Notes under the pieces: generated by a model
What the model was told of the DNA's origin: nothing
What the model saw: the letters and a program-made list of their open reading frames with translations, nothing else
The model's database searches: none
Part shown: positions 10,114-23,899 of the stretch, piece by piece
Layout of the letters: each line of letters opens with the position of its first letter
How positions within the stretch are numbered: the stretch's first letter is position 1
Position numbers and translations under genes: made by a program
Assembly (NCBI GenBank): GCA_004022145.1
Contig: RCNU01000006.1
DNA from: Paecilomyces variotii
Taxonomy: Eukaryota
Reading direction: 5' to 3' (one strand)
DNA: 64,000 nucleotides

Positions 10114-13100
10114 TTACGCCTCTTCAGAACCGCCATCTTTCATGAGTATTTCTCTTCTCTCCCTATACCACTTCTCAAGACACGCCCGTCTCTGCGACTG
10201 CGTCATACCCTCCACAACAAGTGCAAACTCAGTAGCGTTCTTGAATCCGTATTGTTTCGCCATACTGCAGAACTGCCGTTTCATCACATCCTTGGGTGGA
10301 TGATATTTGAATTTCACAGGTTCGCCATCCTTACGGACGACTAGATCGTCTTGCGAGTCGCGAAACACTTGCACTTCACCGAGCGTCTCCCCGGCAAGTT
10401 CAGCGCGTCGACTGAGACGTTCTTCGGTCTTGGACGGACCAATGACTTCGTTATTGAGATGGGTGTATTCGACGCCTGCGCCGGCGAGGATCGCTTGTAC
10501 GGGGTCGTGCTTTTTGGGGGTCACGCTGGACTTGTTCTTGTTGTTGTTGGGGATCCCGTCTGTGTCGCCGGCGATGAGAGCGGCGAGTTGGCTCATGGCT
10601 CCATCTTCATCTTCGTCGTTTGTAGAAGAAGTGAAAGGGAAGTTTTCGTTAGCGGTTTCCTCTTGGTCGATGTCGATACCAATAACTTGTACGCCGGCTT
10701 TGCTTTCCGCGATGTTCGTCTTGTTGACGATTTCACGCAGGACAATGTTGTCGTTTTGGTATTCGAAGAGGTTGGATAATCCGAAAATCTCGCCCTTTTG
10801 GTCTTTCTTCTCTTGTACGCCTTTGAAGTATCTGCGTTCAGAGCTTGCGTTGTAGCCGATATTAGCCTGTTGCTGTTTGTAGATCTGTCGAGCGTAGACG
10901 ATTTCCTCGATTGTTCCGGCTGAGATGAGTCGAAAGACCTCCACGTCACGATGTTGACCGATACGGTACGCTCGATCTTGAGCTTGCAGGTCGTGTGATG
11001 GGTTCCAGTTTGGATCAACCACAACTACTTTATTGGCGGAGGTGATGTTTAAGCCGACGCCTCCGGCTCGTGTGGAGATAAGAAATACGAACTGCTGGGG
11101 ATCGGAGTTGAAATCGTCGACGATCTTTGCTCTGTCCTCATAACTCATTGCGCCGTCCAGGTAACTGACATTGTAGCTGGTATGGTTGAAGAGCATCTGC
11201 AGCATTTTCAGCAACCGGACGCTATGAGAAAAGATGAGCACCTTGTCTCCGTTTGAGTGCCACCATTTCAACAGCTTTCTTAAAACTTTCCACTTGCCGC
11301 AGAATTCGGGGTTGGAGAAGTTCATGATCGATCCTCTGGAACGATAGAGCTCTCGCCATTGATCTGGCACGGCAATCTGCAGCATCTCTAAATCCTTCCC
11401 TTGCTTCTCCTGCGGATCTGTGGGCTGGGGGATGAGGATTGCAAGATGATTGCTGAGCTTTTGAAGATTCGCTATTGCGGGAAACACATAGCTTTGCCAT
11501 TTCTCGCCCGACGGGAGGCGCGTACGGCAGCACCAGCCAGACTTTTTGCGCGATCCACAAGCACACGGCTCAGCCGAGGTTTTGATATATTCAACGATGT
11601 CATGGCTGAGGAAATTCTCATAGGCCTCAGCCTGGGTGTCGGTAAGAGGACAAAAGACAACTCGGTCGCTTTTCTTCGGAAGTTGATCCGCTATGAGAGT
11701 CTTCATACGGCGAAGGAAGAAGGCAGGCAGCAGGTTTTCGACCAGCTTCTTGGCTGTCTTTCGAGCTTTACTCAGCTGGTATAGTGTTGCATCATGAGAT
11801 TGCCCGATCTTGAGCGGATCTGATATACTGGTCTTCCAGGTGGTGACCGGCCCCAGCTTCCCGGGGTTCGCCCAATTTAATAGAGTCCACAGTTCTTCGT
11901 ACTTGTTTTGGATCGCAGTGCCAGTCAAGCCAATCCTGCAGAGAGCATTAACTTCGTTCATGGCATTTGTAGTTTCCGACTTGCGTTCTTTGATGATGTG
12001 GCACTCATCTGCAACTACGCAGTCCCATTCAACCATGTTGACGGAGTCCTTGTTCAAGCGGTAGGTTGAGTATGTTGTAATAAGTATCTCCAGACGGCCG
12101 GACTTGGCAGCTTGGAGAGCTTCCTCCTTCCTATCACCGTGGAAGACTTCCACATGCCACCATCCCCATCTGTTGAATTCGGACTTCCAGTTTTCAATCA
12201 ACGTTCCGGGACACACGATCAGTGTCCTGGGATACCATTTGTTTACTGTGCTTCTTCTCATCTTCCGCATCCTCTTCGCATCTCGCTCGTCGCCAGTTTT
12301 GCCATAAGCAGCAGCCAAAAAGGCGATGACCTGCACGGTCTTCCCAAGGCCCATGTCATCTCCGAGTATGCCACCTTTCTGGTAGACGAAGAGCTCATGC
12401 AAGAAGGCGGCACCTTCGACTTGATACTCTCGTAGCCACTGGGCAATAGGTGCTGGGATCAGACCAAGGGAATATGGCAGTGTTATATCTTTGTATTTGC
12501 CACAAGGTCGAATGCTTTTGAACTCCGGTTTCTCCTTCAACGATTCCAGCCGCTCATCGTCAGAGAATGCGACGTCGTCGAAGTCAGGTGGCAACTTCAA
12601 TCCTGACTGTTTGAGATGCTCCAATCTTTCATCAAACTGCGCACGCCGTTTCTGCAAATAACCCGGCAGGGTGTATTCCATCAACTCATCATCTGATGAG
12701 ACCTCTTTATACTCTCTTGCCAGCTGCTGCCGTTTGCGAGACGGTCCAGCGTCATTGCTTCTGGGGCGCAAGCCGACGAGAGAATTCTTTCCTGTAGTTC
12801 GAGCTTTTCGCGACCCTGCTGCGGCACGTTTACGTTTTAAGCTCTTGCGATTCTTAAATTGCTCGTATGCGGCCGCTCCCTCGTTGAAATCGGAGTCGTC
12901 GCTACCACTGTCTGACAAGATCACAGTGGTCTTCTCTGGTGGTGGTTTTATGCGCACTCGTTCTGGGGTGATCCTTTCTTCATCGCCAGTCTCAGAATGG
13001 GTATATCGTCTTTCACGCCCTTTGTTTTCACCCAGTTAGTACTGATCTCTCCTAAGGTAACAACACATCGTGAAGGCATACGGGTAGAGACGGTATCGCG

Positions 13101-13190
13101 GCTCTCCGACAAGTTGCTACGCTCGAGGTCATCATCATCAGTGCTCACTGTGAGGGGATCATAATCTTGCAACCCCCGATCTGATCCCAT
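10114..13190 (-). CDS. SNF2-family DNA repair helicase (Rad26-like/ERCC6L2-like)
   Basis: Exon 1 13190-13082, intron 13081-13020, exon 2 13019-10114. Motifs GGILGDDMGLGKT, DECH, LTGTAIQN, STRAGGVGLN and QAQDRAYRIGQ. Confidence 0.93.
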
Positions 13191-13577
13191 ACTTGTCTGT
13201 GTAACACCATGTGCGGGATGTCGCGCCTGAACGTCGCGGGGCAAAGTCGCCGTCGCGTCTCCGAGCTCTTAAATTTCCGAACTGGGAAAAGAGCTTCTGG
13301 TTTGATTTTTTGACCGCCCGCACCGGCGAACCAAGATATCCCCGCCGGATTTGCGCCCTCGCTCCCATTGCCCGTTACAACCACAACGTGCGATTATATC
13401 TGCTCTAGTGCGCTCTTACGCAGCTAGCTGATTCACTGGACTCCGTTGTTACGGACCATTTGCGATATCTTCGCGGTCAGCGCAACTTTTTCATCCTCCT
13501 AGTGCGGTGCCGCCAAAGCCTACGACCCCAAGATTAGACTACTATATCTGCGTTGGTAGACCAGATAGTCTCGCAAG

Positions 13578-14486
13578 ATGCCATTGGATACGTCGACGAC
13601 ATATCCTCTTACGAAGCTCCGCCTCGATGGCCGTCGCTGGAATGAGCTTCGACTGCTCCAGGCTCAGATATCGACCAACCCAGCCAGCTCCGGGTCCTCA
13701 TATCTGGCCATGGGAAACACTTCGATCATATGCACTGTCCATGGTCCTGCTGAAAAGCTCCGAGGAGAAGCTGGAGGAGCTGGTGGAGGCAACGCTGCTG
13801 GAGCGACAGTCGAGGTGGACGTGAATGTTGCCGGATTCGCAAGCATAGATCGGAGACGAAGGGCTGGAGGAAACGATAGGTAAATCCATCGATTGATCCC
13901 CTTTATTCTGACCTAGTCTTTCTATACAGGGTCTAACGTGTTCTATAGACAGTCTCTACAGCTCTCCAGTGTCCTTCGTTCCGCCTTCCAATCCCACATT
14001 CACACATATCTTTACCCACACAGTACCATAAGCATCCACATCTCTGTCCTATCGGCAGATGGGTCGCTTCTCGCCGCAGCGATTAACGCCGCCAGCCTTG
14101 CGCTCGTGGATGCCGGTATCCCAATGCCTGGACTCCTTTGCGGTTGCACTGCCGGTATGAGTGGCAGTGCTTCTACCGCCCGTGATCTGAAAAACGATAC
14201 CCTTGACCCTCTTCTAGATTTGTCCCTACCAGAGGAGCAAGAGTTGCCATTCATGACGGTCGGGACTACTACGCCAATCCCAGGCGGAGCGGATGCCATG
14301 GAGGACGATGACGAGGAGATGAAGGTCTCGGTTATTCAGATGGATTCGAAAGCCCATCTCTCGTACATGGAGACCATGCTCGCCGTGGGGATCGATGGTT
14401 GCAAGCAGATCAGAGAGATCTTGCAGGGCGTTATCAAGCGATCAAAGGTGGTCGGTGTCCCAGAGCACGGCAGAGACGACGTATGA
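13578..14486 (+). CDS. ski6: Exosome RNase PH-like subunit Rrp41/Ski6
   Basis: RLDGRRWNELR N-terminal motif, GSSYLAMGN, and NAASLALVDAGIPM. Intron 13880-13948. Divergent from the helicase across ~390 bp. Confidence 0.9.
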
Positions 14487-15072
14487 TTTTGGGATTACGC
14501 CAGTGACACCAACGTGAAAAGCGTCTGCTGCATCAAAACCATAATGAAAACCGACCTGGTGGGCGAGCCGTCCGATTGAAAAGCGACGGACGAGGGAGAA
14601 TGTCGGGGAAAGCCAAAATTCGTCGCGTATGCTTTATCTCACTGTCCTCGAAAGAGCTGCCAGAGCGCTTGAAGCATCGACGACTTTCGAGATCGTCCGA
14701 CGGTGCCCGCTCTACATGCTCCTCTTGGCAACAAGAAGAGGCCTGCAGATATCCCTCATTTTGCGAGATAGCAATGTGAAGGATCCTCATGCTAAGGCAC
14801 AAATAATGGCAGGGCGTATACTCCCGCCCACTGTCATGACCGGGGCTCAGTCCGAACCCGATTCTAACAGGGATCATCGGGGCCATTTTATGTATTCATA
14901 CCGCAATTTGTCGTTCACTATTTCTGCCGTGATGACTACGTGATACGAAAATGAAGAGAGCACTTTGCAATATATAGGAGAAACCGATTGAGCCGGATTG
15001 TACTACTACGGACTTTCCGTATAAAACAGAGTGGAGCTAGAAAAGAGAAACAGATCTCTCGCTTACATAACC

Positions 15073-15874
15073 TGCTCATTACGTTGTAGTCAAGTTAGCT
15101 GAACCAGATATAGATAGAGTACGGACTATATCATCGAGGAAAGAACTGCTCGTCGTGAGATAAATAATAGAGTAGTAGTATCATATTATTACTCGCAGTC
15201 TTTGGTGTCGTTCGCACGCTATAGCAACTCAACCCAGATGATCCAATCACAGAGCACGGAACCAATTAATCTGCTCAATTGCCCGCAACACTTGTTGTTG
15301 GTGTCTTTCTTTGGTCATCAAATCACGAGAATAATCATAACTAATATGCTCAATAATTGCTCACCTCCAGCTTCGTCACTGTGGGTCATACAGACGATGA
15401 AGGCCACGAGGTTCTCCGCATACGTTCTACAGACGGAGGATTCCTCTCAGCAGAGCTTGAATTGCCTGTCTCTTTCTCTGTCAGGTTGGTATTGTATGGA
15501 ATTGAAGGAGGTTAGTTGGTTATAGTACAGTAGTTTCTTCAATTCTGTCAGAACATAGGGAGATAGGAATTGAAGCGTTGCTTGCGTTCGATTTCAATAT
15601 CCTACCTAGTTCCGCTCTGCATCCCCCCATACCAGGGAAAACAGCAACCACAACCACAACCATAAGCATAATAATAAGATCATAATAATGTTTCAAAACT
15701 ACTCTAAACACTCACCCATCCATGAAAACCCCCAACGTATGCACGGACTGGCCTACCACTCCCACGCGGCATCGGCCCGGGTGTGAGCAAGTAAGTAAGT
15801 TGAAAAGTGGAACTAAAACCACTCACGCGGCCTGATCAAATACTAATTACACTCAATCACACGCTTAGAGCACA
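15073..15874. promoter_or_regulatory. Cluster of TGCTCA-core motifs resembling Mac1/CuRE copper-response elements upstream of the Ctr gene
   Basis: TGCTCA at 15073, 15272, 15347 and 15358; reverse TGAGCAA at 15784; AGAGCACA at 15867. Confidence 0.5.
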
Positions 15875-16527
15875 TCTCGGACCACCCAGCTTATCTTAGT
15901 TAAGAAAAGAAAAAAAAAGAAAAGGAAAGGAAAGGAAAGGAAAGGAAAAGTCTGCTGTGTCTTGGCCCTCGTATATATGTACCCACCAGTGCCACTGCGT
16001 CTAGGTTAGGTTATTACATATAAGGTCGTACCTGTGCTGTACTACTTACTGCTGCTGCTGCGTATACTCACACGGGCTTATTCTCTGTCCCTCTTTGGTG
16101 GGGTTTTGCTTGGAGGTGAGAAGATTGAGGGTTTCGTCGTCTTTAGCCTTTTCGTGTCCAGAGGTAGGACGAGTGACGACTTCGTGTCACGGTCCAAGTG
16201 GTTGTCTGTGTACTTGGTTGGAATCATCTTTGCCATTTCGACATTGTTCTGGATACTGCCATTCGGCTATCCTATCAGTGCTAGAGTGGAAGGAATTCAC
16301 ACAAATCGCAATCGAATCGAATGCGCAAGTGAAACGACTATCGAGTGAATAATCGAGATATTCACGATCTAGTCTTTCGAAAAAGAGGAGACGAAACTGG
16401 AGCCATTCACCTTTGCTATACTGCTATCCAAGACCCGATATCTCTGGAGAAAAAGAAGACGACTATCGATATAAATAATCGACTATCGAGCTTGAAAACC
16501 AGACGATTCCATCAATAATCGACCATT

Positions 16528-17581
16528 ATGGATAACATGACTGGTATGACCATGAGCAGCACGTCAACGGGGATGGCGATGGGATCGATGACTTCAACTG
16601 CATCTGCTGCTATGAGCAGCAGTACCGGCATGAATATGGGTAGTATGAGCATGGATATGGGCGGTGATTGCAAGGTTTCGGTGAGTTGTGGTTTCCAGAT
16701 CCCATAAAATAGTTCACTTCCACGATATGACAAGACTGACATGAATCAGATGCTTTGGAACTGGGATACTATCGATGCATGTAAGTTCCGTCACAGTTAT
16801 CTCTCCTATTGAATTCTTTCTCTCTATCTTCTTCTATCCAGAGAACTTCATATCCCCTATACTTACTAAAGAAATCCGCACCATTAACCACCCTACGCAC
16901 CCCAGGCTTCCTCTCCAAATCATGGCACATCACATCCCACGGCATGTTCGGCGGCTCCTGCATCGGTGTAATCTGCCTCGTTCTCGTTCTTGAACTCCTC
17001 CGGCGCATAGGCCGCGAATACGACGCCTACATCGTCCGCCGAACCACTATCCAACGATACCATCTCGCTACCACCACCACCACCACAACTCCATCATCTC
17101 ATAACGCCAGCTGCTGTGGTCCCGAATCCTCATCAGACGAAACCAACGCACTCACAAAACATTCAACCCCCAACGCAAACGCAAACATCATACCTCCCAT
17201 GGCCCCGATAGGGAAAACAGGCCCGATTCGCCCGACGTTCTTTGAACAATTAGTTCGTGCTACATTGCACATGCTCCAGTTCGCAGTGGCGTATTTCATT
17301 ATGTTGCTCGCGATGTATTTTAATGGATATATCATTATTTGTATTTTCATCGGGGCGTTTTTGGGTGCGTTTTTCTTCTCCTGGGAGCCGTTGGGGGGTG
17401 CGCGTGGGGAGTAAGTATATTCCTTCTTTTCTCTTCGTTTGTTTGTTTGTTTTGTTCTTTTCCCCATCATCAATGATGGAGTGTCTGATAATAATAATGA
17501 TGATGATGATGATCGCTGGCTAACTGATTCATTAATCGATCTAGGAACGACGCAACTAGCGTAACTGCATGTTGTGGATGA
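16528..17581 (+). CDS. ctrC: High-affinity Ctr copper transporter (CtrC-like), 4 exons
   Basis: Exons 16528-16680, 16750-16780, 16906-17410, 17545-17581. Met-rich N-terminus, CKVSMLWNW, MLLAMYFNGY (MxxxM), GxxxG, and a C-terminal CCG. Confidence 0.92.
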
Positions 17582-18597
17582 AATGAAAAAGAAAAGAACT
17601 TATACCCAGAACACATCCGGGATATTTCCTTTTCTTCATTTCCTTTCTCCCCCTTCTCTGTATACATCTCTCTCTCTCTAATTACCTTCCTTCCTTCTAT
17701 TCCCCTCCCCTTCTCGGATTACAATCAATACAATACAACCATTTCCTAATAGAAGATAACATGCCTAAATAACCGATCTGATGAAAGATAAAGATCTCAA
17801 CTTATGAATTTCCAGTTTCAAGACTAGAGCGGAACTGTGCTGTGCTGTACTGTACCTTGCATGGATGATTTAAGAATAGTTTTTTTATTATTAGTATTAT
17901 TTGATCATTTCAATTATGTGATTGAAGAGAAAGGGATTCGGATCAGGACAATATTGAAGTTCAGTCTAGATCCGTAGTCTTTTCTATTGTAATGAAGGGA
18001 ATGTGATCTTTACGGGTTTCTGCCTTTCTTGAATCTTCATTCTTGTCTGGAACCTGTGCCATGCTGGATAAGTTTGTGTAGGCGATAGAATACATTAGGT
18101 ATCTAGATGTATTATAGTGGTGTCTGATAGTAATGAGTTCCACCTGTGTGGATAATGTAATAGACAATCGGAATCATATCTGTTAAGAGGAGTGATAACC
18201 GTGTAGAATTTCAATTATAGGGCTGCAGCTGTTACACAGCTGCTGGAAATATGCCATTAATAAGCATATGGTCGGCTACTTATACCAAGCATCAATAACG
18301 ATTATAGCTGTCGCGTTGAACCATTTCGGCATAAATATCCGAATAGCCTTGGATGCTATACCCCACGCCTTAGCATGCGTCAGGATTACGCATACGAGAA
18401 TTAATGGAATAGATGATGCCAGATATGCAACTTGTTGCTAAGCTAAGGTAGATGGTATAATCTGCAACTATCGAGTCTCCAAGAGACCCGCCGAAGACTT
18501 AGCTTCACAAGAAAGCGTCCGGTGATTTTAACCCATTATTCAGCATTGGCAAAGGCCGACGCCTGCTACCTCAGAGAGCGGACCGTCGTCTGGTCAT

Positions 18598-19653
18598 TTA
18601 CAGCTCACCAGAGTCAACGATGGTGGGCTTGACAGCAGAGCGGACAGCGCCGGAGGAGCTGCCAAGAGCCTCGATCTCCTTGACAACCTTGAAGGACTCG
18701 TCGTCAGCGACCTTGCCGAAGACGACGTGCTTGCCGTCGAGCCACGAGGTGGGGACAGTGGTGATGAAGAACTGGGAGCCGTTGCTGCAGAGAAGAAGTC
18801 AGCCATCAAAATGTCACCAGTGTGGTGTATGTATCTGAGCAAGGCCAACTTACGTGTTGGGACCAGCGTTGGCCATGGAGAGAAGACCGGGACGGTCGTG
18901 CTTGTAGATGAAGTTCTCATCGGCGAACTTCTCGCCGTAGATGGACTTGCCACCAGTGCCCTGTATTCAAAGAAGAAGAGTTAGTCAGAGCACAGCGCTC
19001 AATACAAGATCCGATGGCCAGGGTGGGCTGGACGCCAGCAAACGGCGACGAGACAAGGAACAGACAGCTATGACGAGGAGGAACTCACGTTGCCACGGGT
19101 GAAGTCACCACCCTGGAGCATGAACTGGGGGATGATACGGTGGAAGGAAGAGCCCTTGTAACCCTCGGGCTTCTCGCGCTTGCAGAGCTCACGGAAGTTG
19201 CGAGCGGTCTTGGGGACGTCCTTCTCGTAGAGCTCGAAGACGATGCGGCCCGTCTTGGCTGTAGAATCGAAGAAACAGCAGCAGTTAGCTTACGATGGCC
19301 AATTGAATGATGGCAGACGATGATCCCGAAGCACAAGGCCGATGGGGGATGCCACCACGGTGAGAGAAGCACCAGATGGCGGGGTAATCTCATCGGTTTT
19401 TTTTTTTCCTTCATCCGCGGGACGAGGGGAATAGAGCAACAGAGGGGGGGGTTGACTTACGCTCAGAAGAGCCGACGGGGGCGTACTGGATGTCGAAGAA
19501 AGCCTTGGTGTTGGACATGATGGGCGAGGATTGATGGAAAGCACGGAAAGGCTGGAGATGGCTCTTGTTGCAATTGAGGATGGAGGAGAGGGGACGAAAG
19601 GAGGAGGAAGAGCAAGGTGGGGTTATTGTTGACCTGAGGCTTCGGGAGAACAT
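18598..19653 (-). CDS. cypA: Cyclophilin A-type peptidyl-prolyl isomerase with a mitochondrial presequence and a second, cytosolic start
   Basis: Exons 19653-19461, 19258-19089, 18960-18854, 18784-18598. [32 protein letters not shown] and [10 protein letters not shown]. Second in-frame ATG at 19518. Confidence 0.95.
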
Positions 19654-21113
19654 TGTTGCTTTTGCGCGTTCGGGAGGGGCACGGAGGCTGTGGACGAGAC
19701 GGCGCGAAGGCTAGAGAAGCGTGCGAGAGTCCGTCAGCCTGTACGGGCCAGACACGAAGCTTGGCTGCTGTCCTGATGCTGCCGCCATCATGATTCTTCC
19801 AGCTTCATCGTCTGAGATCTTCCCAACACGTCCGGCTGGTTGGCCCTCAGCTGCTGCAGCACACTGGAGAATGCATTACACGGCTCATTGCCTCGCAGTG
19901 GCGGTGGCAGGGACATTGCTCAGCTGCAATAGCCGGACGGAGCTGGACGAAGGGCAAGGGCCCCAATTGATGGCAACGACTGGCAGGGGGGAACTCACTC
20001 ACCGGATGATTATTCCAGAAGAATTGGATTGAATTGAATTGAATTACACAAGATTCCACACAGCCGGTGAGAGGAACGGCGGAGACAGGCAGACAGCAAA
20101 GAAAAATAATAATACAGAAAGCTTTCTACTTGGACTGCTGGTAGAGCTGGCAGCGAGCAGGAAAAACACGTCCATCTAGACTGCCGGAGCTAACCCAATC
20201 CTGCACGGGCCTCGGTACGGTCCTGTCACGTGATCTACACCGCCTGCGATCGCTCGGGTGATCTCCCCGGAGACGGACTGATCTCATACATCTCATCAGC
20301 CCTTGCCAAGTATCTAGCTGTTGTTGATCGGTCAGATTACACCTCTGGAAGCGACTAGGTATGATCAATCATCACTGAGACCGGAAATACGGTACTAGGG
20401 ATCGACAGCATATGGCGTGCTCGCCGTCTGCTTAGCCTTTCAATCGTATTGGCTCTACTTTCTCCCAAGGCCACGTAACTTAAATACTTGCTGCGACTCC
20501 AAAAACGACAAGATATCGACGGGGAAATGCGCGAGATGGAATATCTTTCTGGTTACCAATCATCCCGCAAATAGTCTGGGGGACACGACACGAATATACC
20601 GGAGAAAGGATCAAACAGTCAGCCGCTTGCTGCCGGATCAAAATGACAAGAAATACCTAGGAACAAACACCTAGAACAGGTCTGTATGCCGGCCAGTCAA
20701 AAAATAAGAAGAAAAAGAAAAAAGGATCACGCTGAATAGAACACGACATAGGCCATGGGCCCGGTGATGCGAAGAGCCATGTGCGGAAAGCCAAGATTAT
20801 AAGTCCAGCCCTCCAAAAAGTAGTGGTAGAATAAAACAGTAATAAAATCAGAAGTAGAGATGGAACGGGAATGGATAAAAGGGGATATACAATAATACCT
20901 GGATCGCCAGGGACACAGAAGCAAGAATAAGAGATTATATACTCCATATACGCAATTGGATTCGTGCACGTCATTTGCATTCTCGTCCATTCTCGTTGGG
21001 TATATGTGGAGAGAAAAAAGTAAAGGCGGGCGAAGGAAAATCGGAGAAGGGGGTATGATTAACCCAGGGTAGATCCCGTGAGTGGTTGGCCAGCGCAAAA
21101 GAAGCTGACGCGC

Positions 21114-23899
21114 TCATCGAAAGTCGTCCTCATCGCTAGCACTGAGGTCGATTTGGTCGACCCGTTGCACAAGCTCCTTGGTCTCCCGCGCGATCTCGAA
21201 TGCAATGGGCGGCAGCTTGCTAGTGATTTCGCGCAGTTGGTCGGCGTTGGTGACATCCTCGCCTTCAGCGCCAGTACGAGAAAGGCGGTTGCGGCACTCG
21301 GCAAGAGTCTGGACGATTGGACCGGCGCGCTCTTGAAGGACTGGGTTGGCGCCGGGCTTGCGAGCGGCATCATCCGTCGAGGTAACCACGTTGTTGACGA
21401 CGTTGGAAATGGCTGAGATGTGACTGCGGATGGTACCAATGCTGTCTTCACCACGAATACTGGCCACTAGAGCCTGAATGGACTGCACGAGGCCTTCGGT
21501 CTGATCCTCGAGATGCAGTTTAAGCTCCTCTAGATCAGTATCTTGAGCTCTCATGCCATACGAAAGCTTCGCTGGGAAACCTTGTCCGTTCAGGATGCCA
21601 TTGCGTGACCCGGGCCGGCGAGAAGCAGCGTTTCTGACGGACCGCACAGAAGGCGAGCTGATGGCGCTGTAGACGGAATCATTGTTGCTGAGCCGGTTCT
21701 GGCTGGGCGCGACACTGAAATAGCCTGGAGATTGCATCGGAGCGATATTGTCATCGTCAGCTTCCTCCAGCTCGTCCGCAGGTGTCGGTCGAATCTTGGC
21801 AGCTCGAACAAGCTCTACGACTGCAGCACAGAGATGAGATGCCGCTGCGTCGAGCAAGGAGACCGGCGAAAGGCCATTAGCATGAGCATAGTTCTTCGAG
21901 GCGGTAATCAGGTTGTTTGCCGTCGCAGAGACCTTCGTCTTGAGCCTTCCACGCAGCTGACTCGGTTCATTACCTTGGCCGGCTGCCATGTCCTGCGTGA
22001 TATGACGGACAGCAACAACAACACTCTTCATCTGATCAAGAACCAGTGCAGGCTCCCCAGACCGAGCGATACGGAGGAGCTCGTCAATGGACATCTGAAA
22101 CCTCGTCACATGGATGTCCTTGACCAGGCCATCTTCCTGGATAAGCTCATTCTGCTTGGTCAGGACCCCAGCATCCGGACGCATGCCTGAGATCACAACC
22201 GACGAAGCTCGTAGCTGCCGTAATTGGGTCTTGGCCTTCGCATAGCGGTTCTTCCACTCCTTGACTTCCTCCTCAAGCCGGTGCACATCCCGCGACAGTT
22301 GTTCCTCTTTCTCCCAGTTCATATTGCTGCGCTCTGACATCGCCTTCATCTCCTTCAAGAAGTTGGATGCCTCCTGTCTGACCTCCTCCGTAACTTGCTG
22401 CTGCTCCTGCATATCAGCTTGGAGAGCCTGATGTTTTCTTTGGAGTTCCTCGAACTGCGCACGCAGCTCACTGTCCCCTGAGCCTCCACGGGAGGCCTCA
22501 TCCAGTTGCAGCTGGAAGTCTCGCTCTCTGCTCTCGTGTTCCATGCGCATCCTATCAAGCTCCGATTGCAGAGATGTATTAAGCGACTCTGCCTGTGAGA
22601 CTTTGCTCTCCAGATTCGCTCTGACATCCTCCCACTCCTGCTTTGCAGTGTCGTTTATCTACGGGATACCGTTAGCTAACCACATGCCGTGCCTAATGCC
22701 ATGTTATTCCGACTTACCTGAGACCTGTCCTGGTCGTCCCGTAACTTGGCAATTTCCTCGTCCTTTTCTTTGACCAACGCTTCCAGCTCATCGACTTTTT
22801 CCTGCAGCGACGACACTTGAGACTGGCTGTCCGCCAAAAGCTTCTTGTCTTTCTCTGCAAATGTTGTGCCAGTGCCTGGCCTGCTGCTCTGGAGAACGCC
22901 ATCCAATCCGAATGCTTCACTGCGTGCGTCATAATCATCTTCTAAGCCACCAATATCGTCGTCACTTTCGACCAACGTGCTCTTGTTAGGAACAATGGTG
23001 TTACTCTGGAAGGACTTGGCAAGCGGCCCGTCAGGACTGTCGCCGTTCACGCTAGCAGGACCCAGAGAACCTTGGCGAGGGGGGAAACGACCAGGGGGAG
23101 GACCTCCTGATGGATAACCCCTTCCAGGACCTGGACCACGAGACGGTGCTCGCGGTCCGCCTGGGTAGCCGTTGGGAGGATAACCGTTAGAACCAGGCCG
23201 GGAGGGAGGATAACCGCGTCCCGCGCCCCGGACACTCGGGGCTGGACTGCCCATACGAGGCATGTCGGCTCCCGCGAACTGAGGAAATCTCCGCTCTAGT
23301 TCACAGAAAACGTCCGTGGCCAGGTCCTTGAACCGCTGCTGTTGAAGTGAAGCCAGTTTCTGACGCGCTTGGTTTCGCTTTTCGTGGAATTCCTGCCTGG
23401 GTAGTAGATAGGGAGGGATGTCCGGCCTGGGTGACCGTCCAGGCGGAGGCATGGCCTGCTGTCGTCGAACCAGCTCATCGTAGACATCTGTACTGAGTTC
23501 GTGGAATTGAGTGGGGGAGAGTCGCAACAACTTGTCTCGAGCCTTGTTGGGCTTCAGGCTCCTGTCGTCTCGATAGGGCGCCTGAAGAAACCGCCTCAGA
23601 GTGTTGTAGTGCTGCGCCAGGGACTCCTCCATCTTTCTGTATCGTCTGCTCTGCTGATCTGCCAACGTTCCATCGCTCGATCGTGCAGCCACTGAACTCG
23701 GCGGAGATGGATTCCCTCGTGGAGGTCCATTGAGGCTTGGGGGTCCCGGAAGACCACCAGATACTGGAGGTGTCGACAGATTTCCGCGACTCGATAAAGT
23801 TGGAGAGAAAGGCGGGTCTATCTTATTGTACTGCCCGATCCCAGACCATTCGCTGCCATCCACTGAAACAGGTGACATGGCTCCGGCGCGGATGCTCAT
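21114..23899 (-). CDS. spa2: Polarisome scaffold Spa2/SpaA
   Basis: Exons 23899-22718 and 22658-21114. Two SHD1 repeats (ARDKLLRLSPTQFHELSTDVYDEL; ARQKLASLQQQRFKDLATDVFCELERR), a coiled coil, and a C-terminal SHD-V (LPPIAFEIARETKELV). Confidence 0.94.
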
